From: the human T2T-CHM13v2.0 reference genome, Homo sapiens
Assembly (NCBI RefSeq): GCF_009914755.1
Contig: NC_060928.1
DNA length: 64,000 nucleotides
Direction: 5' to 3' (one strand)
This document shows positions 12,565-26,545 of this stretch, piece after piece; the stretch's first letter is position 1; every line of letters starts with the position of its first letter. The notes beneath the pieces are model-generated. The model was not told where the DNA came from. It searched no databases and saw nothing but the letters and a program-made list of their open reading frames with translations. Both the position numbers and the translations under genes were made by a program.

Positions 12565-13493
12565 TTACAAATTTGGTATCAAAAATTTTAATGAAAACAT
12601 TAATCATATAAATTAAATAGCAAAACTATTTGAAAGGAATTATAATTCAAACAGATTTGACTTACTGATATTTCTCTATTTGTTTTCATAAGAACTGATT
12701 ATTTTCAGCTGAAATCTATTTAAGATTGTGGTAAGGAGAAACGAGATTAAGGTACATAGACCTCATAAGCCCTGTTGTCAGCACATATTCTTCATAAATA
12801 CTCATCTTCCTTTTATTATTTTTAAAAGACACGCAAGTTTTACGAAACATGCCAACTTCAGTTAAAAGCTTCTTACATAAGAAATAGCCACATGTGAGGA
12901 ATCTAGCCTGGCATTTGTTGAAAATAACTATATATTCTGAAGAACACGCCCCATGACATTTATTGATAAAAATTCCTCACTAATAAACCAATTTCTGAAA
13001 TCTAATTACATACCTTCATGTCACAATTTAAGAGGTCTGTTAGAGAATCACTTTTTTTAAAAAGCACAAAGTTAACAGTATCAAGAAAAGTACTCTATCA
13101 TAAGTAACCAAAACATTAAGAAATATTTCTCTTACTGCAGATATGGCTCAGTCTCATCTGAATTATTTTTTTAAAAGTGTTGGTTTGAATTATTAAATGA
13201 AAAAACTAAGTACAAGGAAGCCCAATGAACAAAAACACGTTACTCTGCCTCTAGCTAAGCCTTATGAAATATTTTAGTTTCAGTCATGCCTTCACTTTAA
13301 ACAGTATTATACTGCCCTTTCTAGTATACTAATTAAGATAAAGTTTAACATTCTGTCCTTCTAACAACAGCTGAGAGAATACAGAGATGAATGTAAATAT
13401 ATATCATGTTCTATAATATACATTTTCTAATATTTCAAATTTAACAACTTATCTAAATCCAATCTGAGTTACATTAAAAGATCAAAACTTTTT
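12565..13493 (-). other. NFXL1: NFXL1 3' UTR (3' end approximate)
   Basis: AT-rich sequence following the TAA stop with no recognisable repeat; ATTAAA on minus strand at 12587-12592. Confidence 0.7.
12587..12592 (-). terminator. Candidate NFXL1 distal polyadenylation signal ATTAAA
   Basis: tttaat on + strand ~900 nt past the stop, just before the L1 tail. Confidence 0.6.
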
Positions 13494-13667
13494 TTAATTG
13501 ACATCATGGGTGATGTACCAGGCAAACACTACAACCACAACTCCACACACTGAAATGAGATAATATTTATGTTTTTGCCATAGTGATAGCTCAACTGCCA
13601 CTTCATCTCTTTTCCTGTTCTTCTTCCGACGACCCTTCAGTCTGTTTTCAAAAGCTTCTAGTTCAGC
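13494..13667 (-). CDS. NFXL1: NFXL1 last coding exon (exon 23): basic cluster plus C-terminal transmembrane segment
   Basis: Acceptor TAG|GCT; [57 protein letters not shown]-stop (174 nt). Confidence 0.96.
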
Positions 13668-13938
13668 CTAAATAAAAACAGCATCATTTTAATTAAATTC
13701 AATGCATACATTGATTTGAAAGTTTCCATTTACATAAAAATCAATTTGGGTAATGTTTTAATAGTAATGATATATAGTCAATATATTGATTTGATTTTTT
13801 AAAACACTACTCTCCACTACTGATTGTATTCAACAAATTCAGGGTTTAGGTAAGCAGAAAGGAGACTGGGAGATAACAGAAGAGAATATTTCAAACTTTA
13901 GGGCTGACTATGATACTAAATATTAAAATGTCTGATTA

Positions 13939-14317
<379 letters not shown>

Positions 14318-15061
14318 TCAACCCAATTATTATAGAACCAGCATTCTATAAAGCTTCTAGCAAGTGCTGTGATGCCTAGTGAGAATGAAGATACCTATAA
14401 TTCTAGTTGTTTACAATGCATGCAATAAACATTAGTGGCTTTTAAGAAAGAAATTCAAGTGAGTAAAGAGAAAAAAGCTGCCAGAACTCGATTCTTCTCT
14501 ACCAAATACATTTTTTAAAAATAGTAAAAATTCTTCAAAGGAAAAAATTCTTCATGCTTTAAAATCAAAATGACTATTTTAGACATAAAAATTTTAAACT
14601 AGTACTAAAAGACGATAACTGAATTGCATTCAATATCAAATGGGGATTTTTATCCTACTGCTAAGTACTTATTAAACTTTTACACATAATAATGTAATAT
14701 AATATGCTATAGTGCATAGGTAATTAAGACAATAGTTAAAATATATATGTATTTAATAATATCCACCTAAAACTTTGTAAATGGTTATTTAATAGGAGGA
14801 AATGTAAACTTTAGTTCACATATCCATTACTGTGGTCATAAACCACACTTGAAAAAGATCTAATAATAAACTTAGTTTAATACAAAGTGGCATTCTTCAA
14901 TGAGCCAAAATGTCAGACTACTCCCAAGTGGTTAGTTTCTGACATATAAAAAACGTCAAAATATCTTAAAAGCAGGCAAACTTGAGGACTACAGACACAG
15001 TAAAATAACTGACAGTTAAATGGTGACTCACAGTCACCAAGTATATATTATGTGCTGTATA

Positions 15062-15375
15062 CAGTGATCCCTCAGTATCTGTAGGAAATTGGTTCTAGGA
15101 TCCCCTTGGATATAAAAACCTGAGGATGATCAAGTCTCTACATAAATAGTGGAGGATTTGCAAATAACACACAAACATCTTCTTGTATACTTTAAATCAC
15201 TCTAGATTTCCTATAACACCTAATAACAATGTAAATGCTATGTAAATAGGTGTTACACTGTATTTTAAAATGCGTATTATTTATTATTTTTTTTTTTACT
15301 TGTTTTGAAACAAATTTTCGATCTGTGGTTGGTTGAATTCACAGATGCAGAACCTACATATACTAAGGACTGATT
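15062..15375. mobile_element. MER2-like Tigger-family DNA transposon
   Basis: cagtgatccctcagtatc...ggttggttgaattcacagatgcagaacc. Confidence 0.75.
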
Positions 15376-16424
15376 ATATTCTGTTTAAAGAGTCAGTAAA
15401 CAGGGAATGTATCTAAGATTTTCATCCATGATGATTTATAAAAAGATAGCAAAGGGAATAAGGAGAAAACATACTAAACTATTCTTAATAACTTAATCTC
15501 CTAGGATTCCAGCCAACTTATGTTTTACTATTTAGCTCTGATAACTTATTTTGGGGATATCAGGCAAATCAACTTTACAGAACCATAAAATCTCAAAGGT
15601 CACCTTGGCCAACCATTATTTACTACATGAATTGTTTCTAATGTTCCTAATTGTTCTAATTGTTCCTACAACTCATCAAAGTTTGAATTTCCTTATTCAT
15701 GCAAATCACGCAAGTTTCAATCTCATCATTCATAAAGGCAGTAGCTTAGCACACAATACAATCTGATAAGTATAAAGCATTTCAAGATACAAACTGACAA
15801 ATAATAATAAAAAGTTATACATCACTATTAGAAAGTCAAGCCACTCTTTCAAGTGTATGATCAATAAAGTAAATACTTAAACAGGGAGTATCAGGAATGT
15901 ACTTGTTCTCTAGGTAACAACAAAGAACAGGTTATAATCCCGCATTTAAAGATCTAATAGGGAAATATGGGAATATATTATTAAAACAAATGTACTGATT
16001 AGTAAACTGCACTTATTTGTTATAGGTGGTCTGCAACTCAGTAAAATAGAACTCAAATACTTTTAGTTAAGTAAAGTCATGGTCTCCAGAAGATGCCTTA
16101 CAATGGTGATGATTCGCTCACTCTCACTCCCCAGCCAAAGGAGGAATTAAAATTCTTCTGGCTGAAGTATGGATGATATTGGCAAGAAAGTAAATTGGAA
16201 ATACAAAAAAAAAATTTGGGAATATATGAGATCTCATACCTTTTCAGAGTTTCAGTATACTTAAAGTCAAGTTAGTAGATGGCTCATTTTTGTTTTACAA
16301 GAACTGTTATTTTCAGTTCACAATAGAGACTAGACCTTAGTTTGACCTTGGAATATACCCCGTGTTTGCACAAAATCTAGCAATGATGCTAAGAGACATA
16401 AATCTGGGTATTTTGTTTGGTTAC

Positions 16425-16478
16425 CTGTTGTCTTCGTTTTTCTTCTTCAAGAGCAGCTTTGGCTTCTGCTTCTTTTAT
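16425..16478 (-). CDS. NFXL1: NFXL1 exon 22, coiled-coil
   Basis: CAG|ATA...CAG|GTAAC; IKEAEAKAALEEEKRRQQ, 54 nt, phase 0/0. Confidence 0.95.
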
Positions 16479-17185
16479 CTGTTTATACACATACAAAAGT
16501 CAATTTACAATTTAGTCATCACATTTTATATGGAATTTTAACATCTACCCATCCAGGTTCTATTAACCCATATCAACTTTTAGGAGCTTGAAATCATTTA
16601 AAGAAATGTAAATGCTATACTGAGACAAGGTTTTACCAAGGCACTATCTAATAAATTGAAGGTGGTCATGGATGGAGTGTTATACCTTATATGAGCATCT
16701 CAGCTTAACAAGTAAAATCGGTATTACATCGTAATTCAAAGAGTTAAAACACTGTAACAGCAAATTTTAAAACTGCCTTTTTTCCTCTTGAGTTGCTGTA
16801 TTAAGAATCTAGAATTAATTATTAAATACTGCTGTTTCTCTAGAGTTAAATTTATCTTAAATGTGCTATCATGGAAGGGAATCCTTACTTTCAAACAAAA
16901 TCAAGAGGTCACTGATTGGGTTGATGGAGGGGAAGAGTAACACTAGAGATAACCCAAGCAGCAAAGAATCTCAAAATCTTATAACGGGCATAGAAGATGA
17001 AAAGCCTTCATATACACTAGGCAATGAAAATCCCAATCTGCCATTCAAAATAAGCCTATAAAACTAGGCTTTTATTATAAAAGCAAAAAAATGAGATTTC
17101 AAGTTGTTTTTAATAAGTACATAAATGCACAAAATAAGAAGGGAAAGGCCACTAGCCTTTAAAATGATATTTAACGAGACATTAC

Positions 17186-17272
17186 CTCAGATGCTTTCCG
17201 CTTCATTTCCTTGCACGTTGTGTCACATTCTATTGAAACCTGATTTTCACGTACTTTGTTGCACTGCAATTC
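17186..17272 (-). CDS. NFXL1: NFXL1 exon 21
   Basis: TAG|GAA...GAG|GTAAT; [29 protein letters not shown], 87 nt. Confidence 0.95.
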
Positions 17273-17614
17273 CTACAAACAACCCGATTTTCAAATTTTA
17301 AATGATTTTTCCCTCAAAGACCTGTCTGCCATAAAAAAGCAAAGTTCATCTGATAGCTTAAGGTTATAAGTATTATTTGATGTCTTAATATTTAATGATG
17401 ATATAGTTGCAAGCATTAAATATCTGCTTCAAATAGTGATTACTTGCTTATTTTCTCTTAACTTAAAAAAGAGAATACCATAAAATTTTTAAAAATCAAC
17501 TTAATAATTACTATGTGCCACTATTGGACTTAGCTCCCATGTTGTTTTTATTCTTTACTTTTCTTTATTGTTTGTTATTCTTGCAAAGTGTCCAGGGAAT
17601 ACAATGTTCTACAA

Positions 17615-17838
17615 ATGTGCTGTCCAACAGAGCTTCCTGGTATGTGCGTGGGATGGAATGTTGTAAATCTGCATTAGTCCACAGAGTAGCACTAGCCACA
17701 TATGGCTACTGAGCACTTGAAATGTGGGTAGTGAAAATGAGGAACCAAATTTTTAATACTGTTTTATGCTAATTCATTACAATTTGCATTTAAATATCCA
17801 CATGTGACTAGTGGCTACCATCTCAGATAGTGCAGCTC
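17615..17838. mobile_element. MER3-like hAT-Charlie element
   Basis: gctgtccaa...actagccacatatggctactgagcacttgaaatgtg...cacatgtgactagtggctacc. Confidence 0.75.
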
Positions 17839-18591
17839 TAGAGAGTTTTCTGGGGAGCTACAAATTTTTCTCTCGACTGTTAAACTTTTTTTAAGTTTAG
17901 ATGAAAATTGTTCTAAAGCTTATGTTGGCACCTCACTACCTCCTTAATGAAAGAACACTGATCTACTGTTTTTGATGTCTTGACATCAAAACTATGACCA
18001 ATTTCTGTACTACGACAGAATAAAACGATGACCTACTGAGTTGAAGAGTGGTCTTTATATTAGTTTTAGACTGGCTTTTGTAGTATATCTATCTTTTATT
18101 CATTCATTTATTGCTGCCAATGTCACTTTTACTCTCAGTATATTTAATTTGTATCAGTTTCTCCTGTCTCACCAGACCCTCAGACTCTAGTTTTTTGTTC
18201 AAATCTACCACAGCTTAGACATGAGATTACCAAATCCTGAGTAAAGTGCATTTAGTAAAAGCATTTTATGGCATGGAATTTTATTACTTGGAGGGTTTTT
18301 TTTTTTTTATTCCTTAGTTCTTCATTTTTGGCTTGATTTAGTGATAAACATAGTCTTGTCCTCCAAAGACAGTCCAGACATAAGAAAATTAACATGAACA
18401 AACACTGGAGACAAAAATAAGTATCGTGTGTTTATAGACATTAAGTCCATCAGCTTAGAAGAGGATTTTATCTTTTCTCATTCAGAGGATACTTACAGAG
18501 TGCCTATAACATGCTAAACACCATGACAGGGAAATGGAACACAGTAAGAAATAAACAGTATAATCATCTGTTAAGTGCTAAATAAATAACA

Positions 18592-18729
18592 ATAGTAATT
18601 GCAGCTACTATTTATTACACATAGCATTGTTTTAAATGCTATGTAAGCACTACCTCTTTTATAGTAATGGCAGCTACTATTTATTAAACATAGCATTGTT
18701 TTAAATGCTATGTAAGCACTACCTCTTTT
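18592..18729. repeat. 69-bp tandem duplication (2 mismatches) within a MIR remnant
   Basis: 18592-18660 vs 18661-18729. Confidence 0.9.
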
Positions 18730-20388
18730 ATTCCTTTCAATAAATCTCTATAAACTCTATTTTACAGATGAGGAAACAAGGTTACAGATACCTAGAATCA
18801 CAAAGCTCTACATTATGAACCCAGTACAAAGAAAGTCAAGAGGAAGGAACAGCTAAGCCTTCCCAAGGGAACCTGGGGAAGGAAAACCTTCTCAAACAAG
18901 GAAGTGCTTCCAATAAGTATTAGCAGGATTCTAGTAAGCAGAGAGCTAAAGGAAAAACATATTGTATTTTACACAGGAAAAAAATATATATACATTGCCA
19001 CAGCCTAAGCTAAGCGAGGGTACAATATATGTATTAGGGCACTTAAGTAACAGATTCACAGAGATGATTGCTAGATGACGAGACTGAACAAGCAGGCAAA
19101 TGTCTTATCATAGCCTCCCTGGTATGCCGAGTCTGCATATACCTACACATACACATTTTTTATACAATGCACTTTTTCCATAAGTGATGAAGAGCCATTG
19201 AAGAATTTAGAACAGGGAAGTGGTGTGACTAGAGACAAGGAAATGGGTCACGAAGTTGTGGCCAAAGCCCAGAAAAGAGTTGTTCCAAAGTACTAACGGG
19301 TGGGTGGCATACGGCACTTGGACAAGACATGAGATTTCAGAGAAAACTTAAGAGACATCTCACATTAAAAATGGCTTGACCAAGTATTTATTTTCAGGTA
19401 CAGGGGGTCAATTTAAATATCTAAAACTTAAAGATTCCACTCCCTAAAAGGCCAAGTGTATAAATTTAAATTCAGAAGTTCCCTATCCTAGGAAAACATA
19501 TCAGAAACTATGAACATAAATGAAAGGCAAAGGACCTATAAAAGATCCTCAATACATATCCATCACATGGATGAATAAAAGCGAATTTCAAGAGACAAAA
19601 AAGACAAGCTTTAGGGAATGACAATAGGAATATGAAGGAAAAAAAAGGAGTTACGACTATAACTGAGATAGGGTAAATCAGAGGTCAAAAAAGTTGGTTT
19701 CAAAGGAGTAAGCACTGCCAACAGGGAAGATCAAGGAAACAGAGAATTGAGAAAAAGACTATTAGGACAGTATATTTTCCTTCATAAGTTTTGTTGAGCA
19801 GTATATAGTTTGTTTCCATCAGGCTTTGTAATCATTAGTTTTTGCCCATTTACTCCTCTGTTACCATCATTTTATCTTAAAATTAGTTCTTTCCAAGTTT
19901 ACATGTTATTTTACTTTATAAGGCTATTCATATGAGGTCTTTTTAAGGCAATATTTTCAAAGGACAATACTGATGGTAAAAAGAATTTCATAAATAACAG
20001 CAACAAAGTTAATCTCAAGCCATTTCTTAAGCAATGAAACATTCTACCCGTTACATTGTGTTCCTTGTTCAAAGACCTCAAATCTAAAGCACATTGACCA
20101 AAACAGGGCATTGAATTTGGTTCCAACATAAAAAATAATTTTCCTTTTACTGTTAAATTGCAGAAAATTAAATCGCCAAAGCTTATGTTTAAAATAAATG
20201 TTTAAAGAACTAGTAGGCTCATTTCAATAATAAAAAAGTTCTATGAAGTAAAACCTCAAAATTAAAAGGCAAAAAAAAAAAAAAAAGCCAAACAACTACC
20301 AAAACACATAGATCAAAAAACAAGAACAAGAAAACCACACAAAAACAACTTATATAGAAAAGTATTTTCAATAACTTAAAATATTTAC

Positions 20389-20493
20389 CTTTTTTATTCT
20401 TTTACAAGGACATCTAAGTTTTACCTTCTGGTTGCAGTTAAAGGGACATTCACCAGGATGACACATCTCTTTGCATCTATGACCACAAGGAAG
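20389..20493 (-). CDS. NFXL1: NFXL1 exon 20, NF-X1-type zinc finger
   Basis: TAG|CTT...AAG|GTAAA; [35 protein letters not shown], 105 nt. Confidence 0.95.
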
Positions 20494-20714
20494 CTAAAAT
20501 AAAATCAAAATAAAGCAATTACATACTTACATCTTGATCATACTCTAGTTTCCCCCATACCCCAACAATTTTAAGAGAGTCCATCACACAAAGGGTCAAT
20601 CAATCCTAGCTAATGGGATAATTTGTAAACTATTTTTCTTTTAGATATAAATTATTTTAATTACACTTATATAATTTAATTATATATATATAATTTAATT
20701 ATATTTAATTATTC

Positions 20715-21080
20715 TCCCCAGCTCCATTCCAACAGTACATCTTACAGCCACCCTTGTAGCTAGTTATAGCCATATAACTGAGTTCTGGTCAATGGAATGT
20801 AAGCAAGTACAGGTGATTCATGCTTCAGATCATTTCAAGAGTATACTTCCATGTTCTTCTCTTCCCCATGTCCTGGATATGATGAAAGCTGGAGCGGTAA
20901 TGGAAACCATATGCCAAAGAGAGCAGAGCCGCCAGCTGACTTGGATTCATGGGTGAACACATGGAATACAATGACACACCTACCTTCCCTGTACTGCATT
21001 GTGGGAAAAAAAACAAAAAAGAAAATGCCCTGTCCTTATACGGTGTTATAACTGTTTAGCCTTTTATTCTACAACATTTA
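20715..21080 (+). mobile_element. Old MLT1-type LTR remnant
   Basis: cagccacccttgtagctag...actgagttctggtcaatggaatgtaagca. Confidence 0.55.
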
Positions 21081-21449
21081 CCCTTTCTACTAATATTAAA
21101 AAAATATTATTTAGGTAGCCAAAACAACTCAGTAATTGCCATGATGTTTATGCTCCGTGTCTTTAATTGTTTACTGTCTTCCTATCCTAGTCAAGCATTA
21201 AGATGAAATGTTCATGGTCTCTCTGTCTATTCAAATCTTATCCACACTTTAAGACATGACTTAAATCACCATAATGGCCTGATATAAATCTGCCTATACA
21301 TAAATACATAATAGTAGTTAAGAAATCTGTTTCTAAACTGTTGTAACATTGCTTGTGGTGTCTTGAAATTTTGCAAAAAAACAATTTTTTTTAGGCACTT
21401 CATATATTTCTATCTCTCCAACCCTAACAAATAAAATACACTATTTGTT

Positions 21450-21780
21450 AGGGGTTAAATGTCAAAGTCAGACTACCTGGAACTGAGTCCCAGATTACCT
21501 GTTTACTAACTACAGGATCTTAGACAAGTCACCTGACTTCTCTGTGTTTCACATGTAAAATTTCACATGTAAAAGAGTATTAGTACTTTATAAAGCTGTT
21601 GTGAGGATTAAATGAGTTCAGTATATTTAGTTATTATAATAAAAGTTGTTATTATTATAAGTTCCTTGAGGGCAATGGTCAGACAGTCATCAACTTACGG
21701 TGGTGTAACTTAAAACAATTTTTCAGTTTTACAATGGATTTAATCAGGACATATGCCCACCATAAACTGAGGAACATCTG
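21450..21780. mobile_element. MIR fragment followed by a short MER47/Tigger-type fragment (~21683-21780)
   Basis: gttgtgaggattaaatgag; cccaccataaactgaggaacatctg terminus. Confidence 0.55.
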
Positions 21781-22409
21781 CATTTCTTTGTGTCTCTCAT
21801 GTCATAATCCCTAACAAAGATCCCTCCCAAATAGAACCCTCAGTAAACATTTAAATTCTCTAATTACTGATCTCTATGATTCACCAGATTGATTTTTCAA
21901 ACTACTGACTCCACTCAAAGAAATTTAGAATCCTTTTCCATTGTCTTTAGTCTCTTTCTAGTGTGTGATTAGGTTTTTTGTTCTTTAACTTTTAGCTGAG
22001 GCATTCATACTAAAACTAAATTCAGATCACTCACACTGTGCACTTCCACTAATCCTACTATAGGGCAGAGAACTGCTATTAATAGAGTAAGTCCAGGTAT
22101 TTCTGAATGATTTCAGTTTTGTTTTTCCCTTTATCTAATACTGGACACTGAATACTACTTAATAAGCTCAATATTTATTCATTTTCAAACACTTACCTCA
22201 CAGTGGTTGTTTCAAGCCTTTGTATTGCTTAATTTCATTCTTACCTTCATTCCTGCCAGTGCCTTTAGCCAGACTTCATAAACATTTGGCATTAGCTCAC
22301 CACTTATTCTTACTCTCAAAATACGTCTCTATATCCTCTTTCCTTAATTAATCTCTAAGGTAATTACATTAGTCATTTTCTCTTAAAAAGTAACTAACCC
22401 TTCCACTTC

Positions 22410-22660
22410 AAATTTATTATATATTTATTGATACATAATATTTGTATGTATTTATAGGGCACATGTAATTTTCTTACATACATAGAATGTGTAACGATCA
22501 AGTCAGGGTATTTGAGGGTATTTATCATCTTGAGTATTGATCACTTCTATGTTTTGCAAACATTTCAAGTCCTCTCTTCCAGCTATTTGGAAATATACCT
22601 TAATCAACATCACTTCATCCCCTTCCCCCCATCCTTCTCAGTCTCTGATATCTATCATTT
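22410..22660 (-). mobile_element. L1MA 3' fragment
   Basis: ttattgatacataatatttgta...gatcaagtcagggtatttg. Confidence 0.7.
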
Positions 22661-23444
22661 AAATCAATGATTCTATAGGAGAAAGTGAATAGGGAAGCTT
22701 ATCAGATTCAATAAAGGAAGACCTTTTGAAAATACATAGGATCATGGCTATAGTGTCGCCTTTCACTTTAATCAGTATTCTGTTGCGCTGGGGGTTGATG
22801 AAAAGTTAAAAATCACTGGTCTTGATGTTATATCTTTCTGCCTCCTAAAAGACCTCATACTCATCTTCACAATTTCATTGACGACTTCAAAGTCTGTCTT
22901 TTCTCTGGCTAGGTCTTCTGCCTTCAATAAATGTATCTTTTTTTCTCTAAACCCTTCATTTGACCCTGCCACATACTGGTAAAATTTGTAGAAGACATAC
23001 ATTGGGATGGCTGCCTGGTTCACCATAATTCCCCCAGTAGCCACAGCCATGGCTATGCTACCTGTTCTAGTTCCCTGACTGTGGCTGCCTGTGCCAAAAG
23101 GAGCCCTTGGATCCATGGTGAGTCTATTAGGTTTTCTCTCTCGGGAATCTAAAAACTTAAAAGAGCGAGATGGTGGTTTAAGTAGTCATCTCACTGTAAA
23201 GCCCCCTTAGGATGCAGAGATCCTGCCTTTCCCAAAGCTTGACTGTATAGCATTTCCTTCAGAATCTGTGAATTGCTCCCCAATGTCTTCCATATACTCC
23301 CCACAACGTCTTCTCTCTCCTTTTTTTCCCATAAGTAAGCCAAAATTGATTCTGCAATTTGCAACTAGGAAAACTGAAACTCATCTAGGTGTACACTGTG
23401 CTGGTATCCAACATATGTCCCACAGGCAAAAGTAACACCTCTAA

Positions 23445-24240
23445 TCCTGAAAACGTATTCAAACTCACCAGTAATCAGAGAATGTAAATTAAAACCACAA
23501 TGAGATGCAAAAAGACTGGCAAAAATAAAAAATGCTGACCACACAAAATGTTGGCAGGGATGCGAAAGAGGAAGAACTTTCATCAATGGGAAGTTGAAAA
23601 ACTTTCTGATACTTTTCAGTAACTGGAAAAGTTACTGATTATAAATTGATACAACCATTTTGGAAATCAATTTGATATTATTAAAGTTGAAATTAAACAT
23701 TTCCTATGACCAAGCAATTACACTACTGCATGCCTACAGAAATCTGTGCACATATGTACCAGGATGCAAAAGCAAGAATGTTCACAGCAGTATTTTTGAT
23801 AACAACCACATTTGGAAATTATTCAAATGTCCACCCACAGTAAAACAAACTTATACAATGGAATCAGTGGACTACAGCATGTAGCTGTTAAAATGCAATT
23901 AAAAATGACAAACATATATAAGCAAGTCACAAAAGTGCATACTTTTAAACTTTTAACATTGGCAAACAATATTGTTTGCAGATATATATACTGGTAGTAA
24001 AAACTGTAAATAAAAGTAAGGAAAGGATTACTATAAAAAGGCAATGGTGGTCACCCTATAGGATAGAGGATGGGAACTACAGTCAGACAGGGACCTTGGT
24101 AAACTTCTGGTATGCCAGCATTACTTGATTTTTTGGCCTGGGTAGAGTTAACATGGTATTCACTTTTTAACTGTTAAACTATACATATTTATATTATGTA
24201 TTTTTAGGTATATATGTGATATTTCATTGCTTAAAAAAAT
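23445..24240 (+). mobile_element. Old L1M 3' region
   Basis: aatcagagaatgtaaattaaaaccacaatgaga...tatgaccaagcaattacact...aaatgtccacc. Confidence 0.7.
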
Positions 24241-24887
24241 TAAATCATGTGATCATTTTCCTGTTAGATGTGTAAGTAAGTATATGTCATCTCAAAAGCC
24301 AGGTTATATTCTGAAAAAACTGAAAAGTAGTTACAAAGAAAGTTGACTTGAATGCATAAGATAAAATGATGGTTATCTTTACTACAGATTTCATAGCAAA
24401 AAACAGAGGTCTTTCTAAAATATTCACTTAGAGATGAGATGTGTTACCCTTCCCAATCAAAGTGGGACAGGTTTTTTCTACTCTACTCAGCCCTCAACAT
24501 CATTCTGCTAGCACTTCAGTAAGTCATACCAAATGGTTTACCTACAAACAACACTGTCTGCATCAAAACGTTCCACTTTAATTCCAATAATAGGAAAAGC
24601 CCTCTTTCAAAAGAACTAAGAAACACTTGTAGAACAATATTATTTGTAGATAATCATAATCACCATAGCTACCACATATATAGCGCTTACCATTAACTAA
24701 GTCCGTTACATGTTATTACCTCATATAATACTCAGCACTCTGAAGTGGGTATTATTAGTGCCCCATTTTATATATGAATAAGTTCAGTTACACAGAAGTT
24801 AAATAATTTTCCCAAGTAAAAAGTAGAAAAGCTTGCATGGGAATGAGACAACCAAATTCATAAATAATTTTAAAAAGCAGAAATACC

Positions 24888-25200
24888 GGCCAGGTGCAAT
24901 GTCTCACGCCTGTAATCCCAGCACTTTGGGAGGCCAATGTGGGCAAACCACGAGTTCAGGGGTTCAAGACCAGCCTAGCCAACATGGTGAAACCCCGTTT
25001 CTACTAAAAATACAAAAAATTTGCTGGGCGTAGTGGCGGGCGCCTGTAATCTCAGCTACTCAGGCAGCTGAGGCAGGAGAATCGCTTGAACCTGGGAGGT
25101 GGAGGTTGTAGTGAGCCAAGATTGCGCCACCGTACTCCAACCCAGGCAACAGAGTGAGACTCCATCTCAAAAAAAAAAAAAAAAAAAAAAAAACAAACAA
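24888..25200 (+). mobile_element. AluS with 16-bp TSD
   Basis: TSD aaaaagcagaaatacc/aaaaagtagaaatacc. Confidence 0.95.
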
Positions 25201-25215
25201 AAAAAGTAGAAATAC

Positions 25216-25575
25216 CACATGATCTCACTCATACGTGAAATATAAAAAAACTGAACTCATAGAAGTGAAAGAGCAGAATGGTAGTTGCCAGTGACTGAAG
25301 GACAGAAGGGGATTGGGGGGATGTTAGTCAAAGTATACAAAATTTCAGTTAGATATGAGGAATAAACTCAAAAGATCTATTGTACAAAATGATGACTATA
25401 GTTAATAACATACATTGTATTCTTAAAAATTGCCAAGAGAGATTTTAAGTGTTCTCACCATAAAAAAATGCATATATTAACTCAACTTAGTCATTCCACA
25501 ATGTATACATATTTCAAAACATGTTGCCTATGGTAAATATACAAAATTTTATCAATTAAAAACTTTGAACATTTA
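25216..25575 (+). mobile_element. L1MA 3' end
   Basis: tacaaaatttcagttagat...gatgactatagttaataac...gtgttctcacca. Confidence 0.75.
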
Positions 25576-26044
25576 AAAAAAATAAAATAACTGAAGCCCC
25601 ATACCATGTAAAATAAAATAAAACTTCCATTTTGTTCCTCTTTATATCTCTTTTAAGAAAGAGCAGAAATGCATATGTGGGGCACAGTTTAAAGGTATGT
25701 TCTTAACGACATCCTTATGTTTTCATTTAGTTAAATTCAAACCTAATAATCCATAGAGTGTGTATCAGAGACACAGTGGAGCTGGAAGGATATGCTTATG
25801 CCACTCCCACAATTTATTCTTTTATTCACATTCAATAAACATTTACCAGTGGCTTAATGTGTACAACCTGTGTAACAGGCACTGGATACAAAGATAAATA
25901 TGACATAGTCCCCTGCCTGTAACAATCTACAGTATGGGAAAGAAACAAGAACATAAATAAGAGTTTATCAGTACATCAGAATTTACCAGAATCCCATACC
26001 TTAACTTTGAAGTACAAAGATTCAAAGTGATATACTTCTTGGCT

Positions 26045-26545
<501 letters not shown>

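Noticed and set aside
22772-23116. 114-aa minus-strand ORF in NFXL1 intron 19
   Set aside because: Not needed for NFXL1 frame continuity (exons 19 and 20 join in phase), no family resemblance, and surrounded by decayed repeats.
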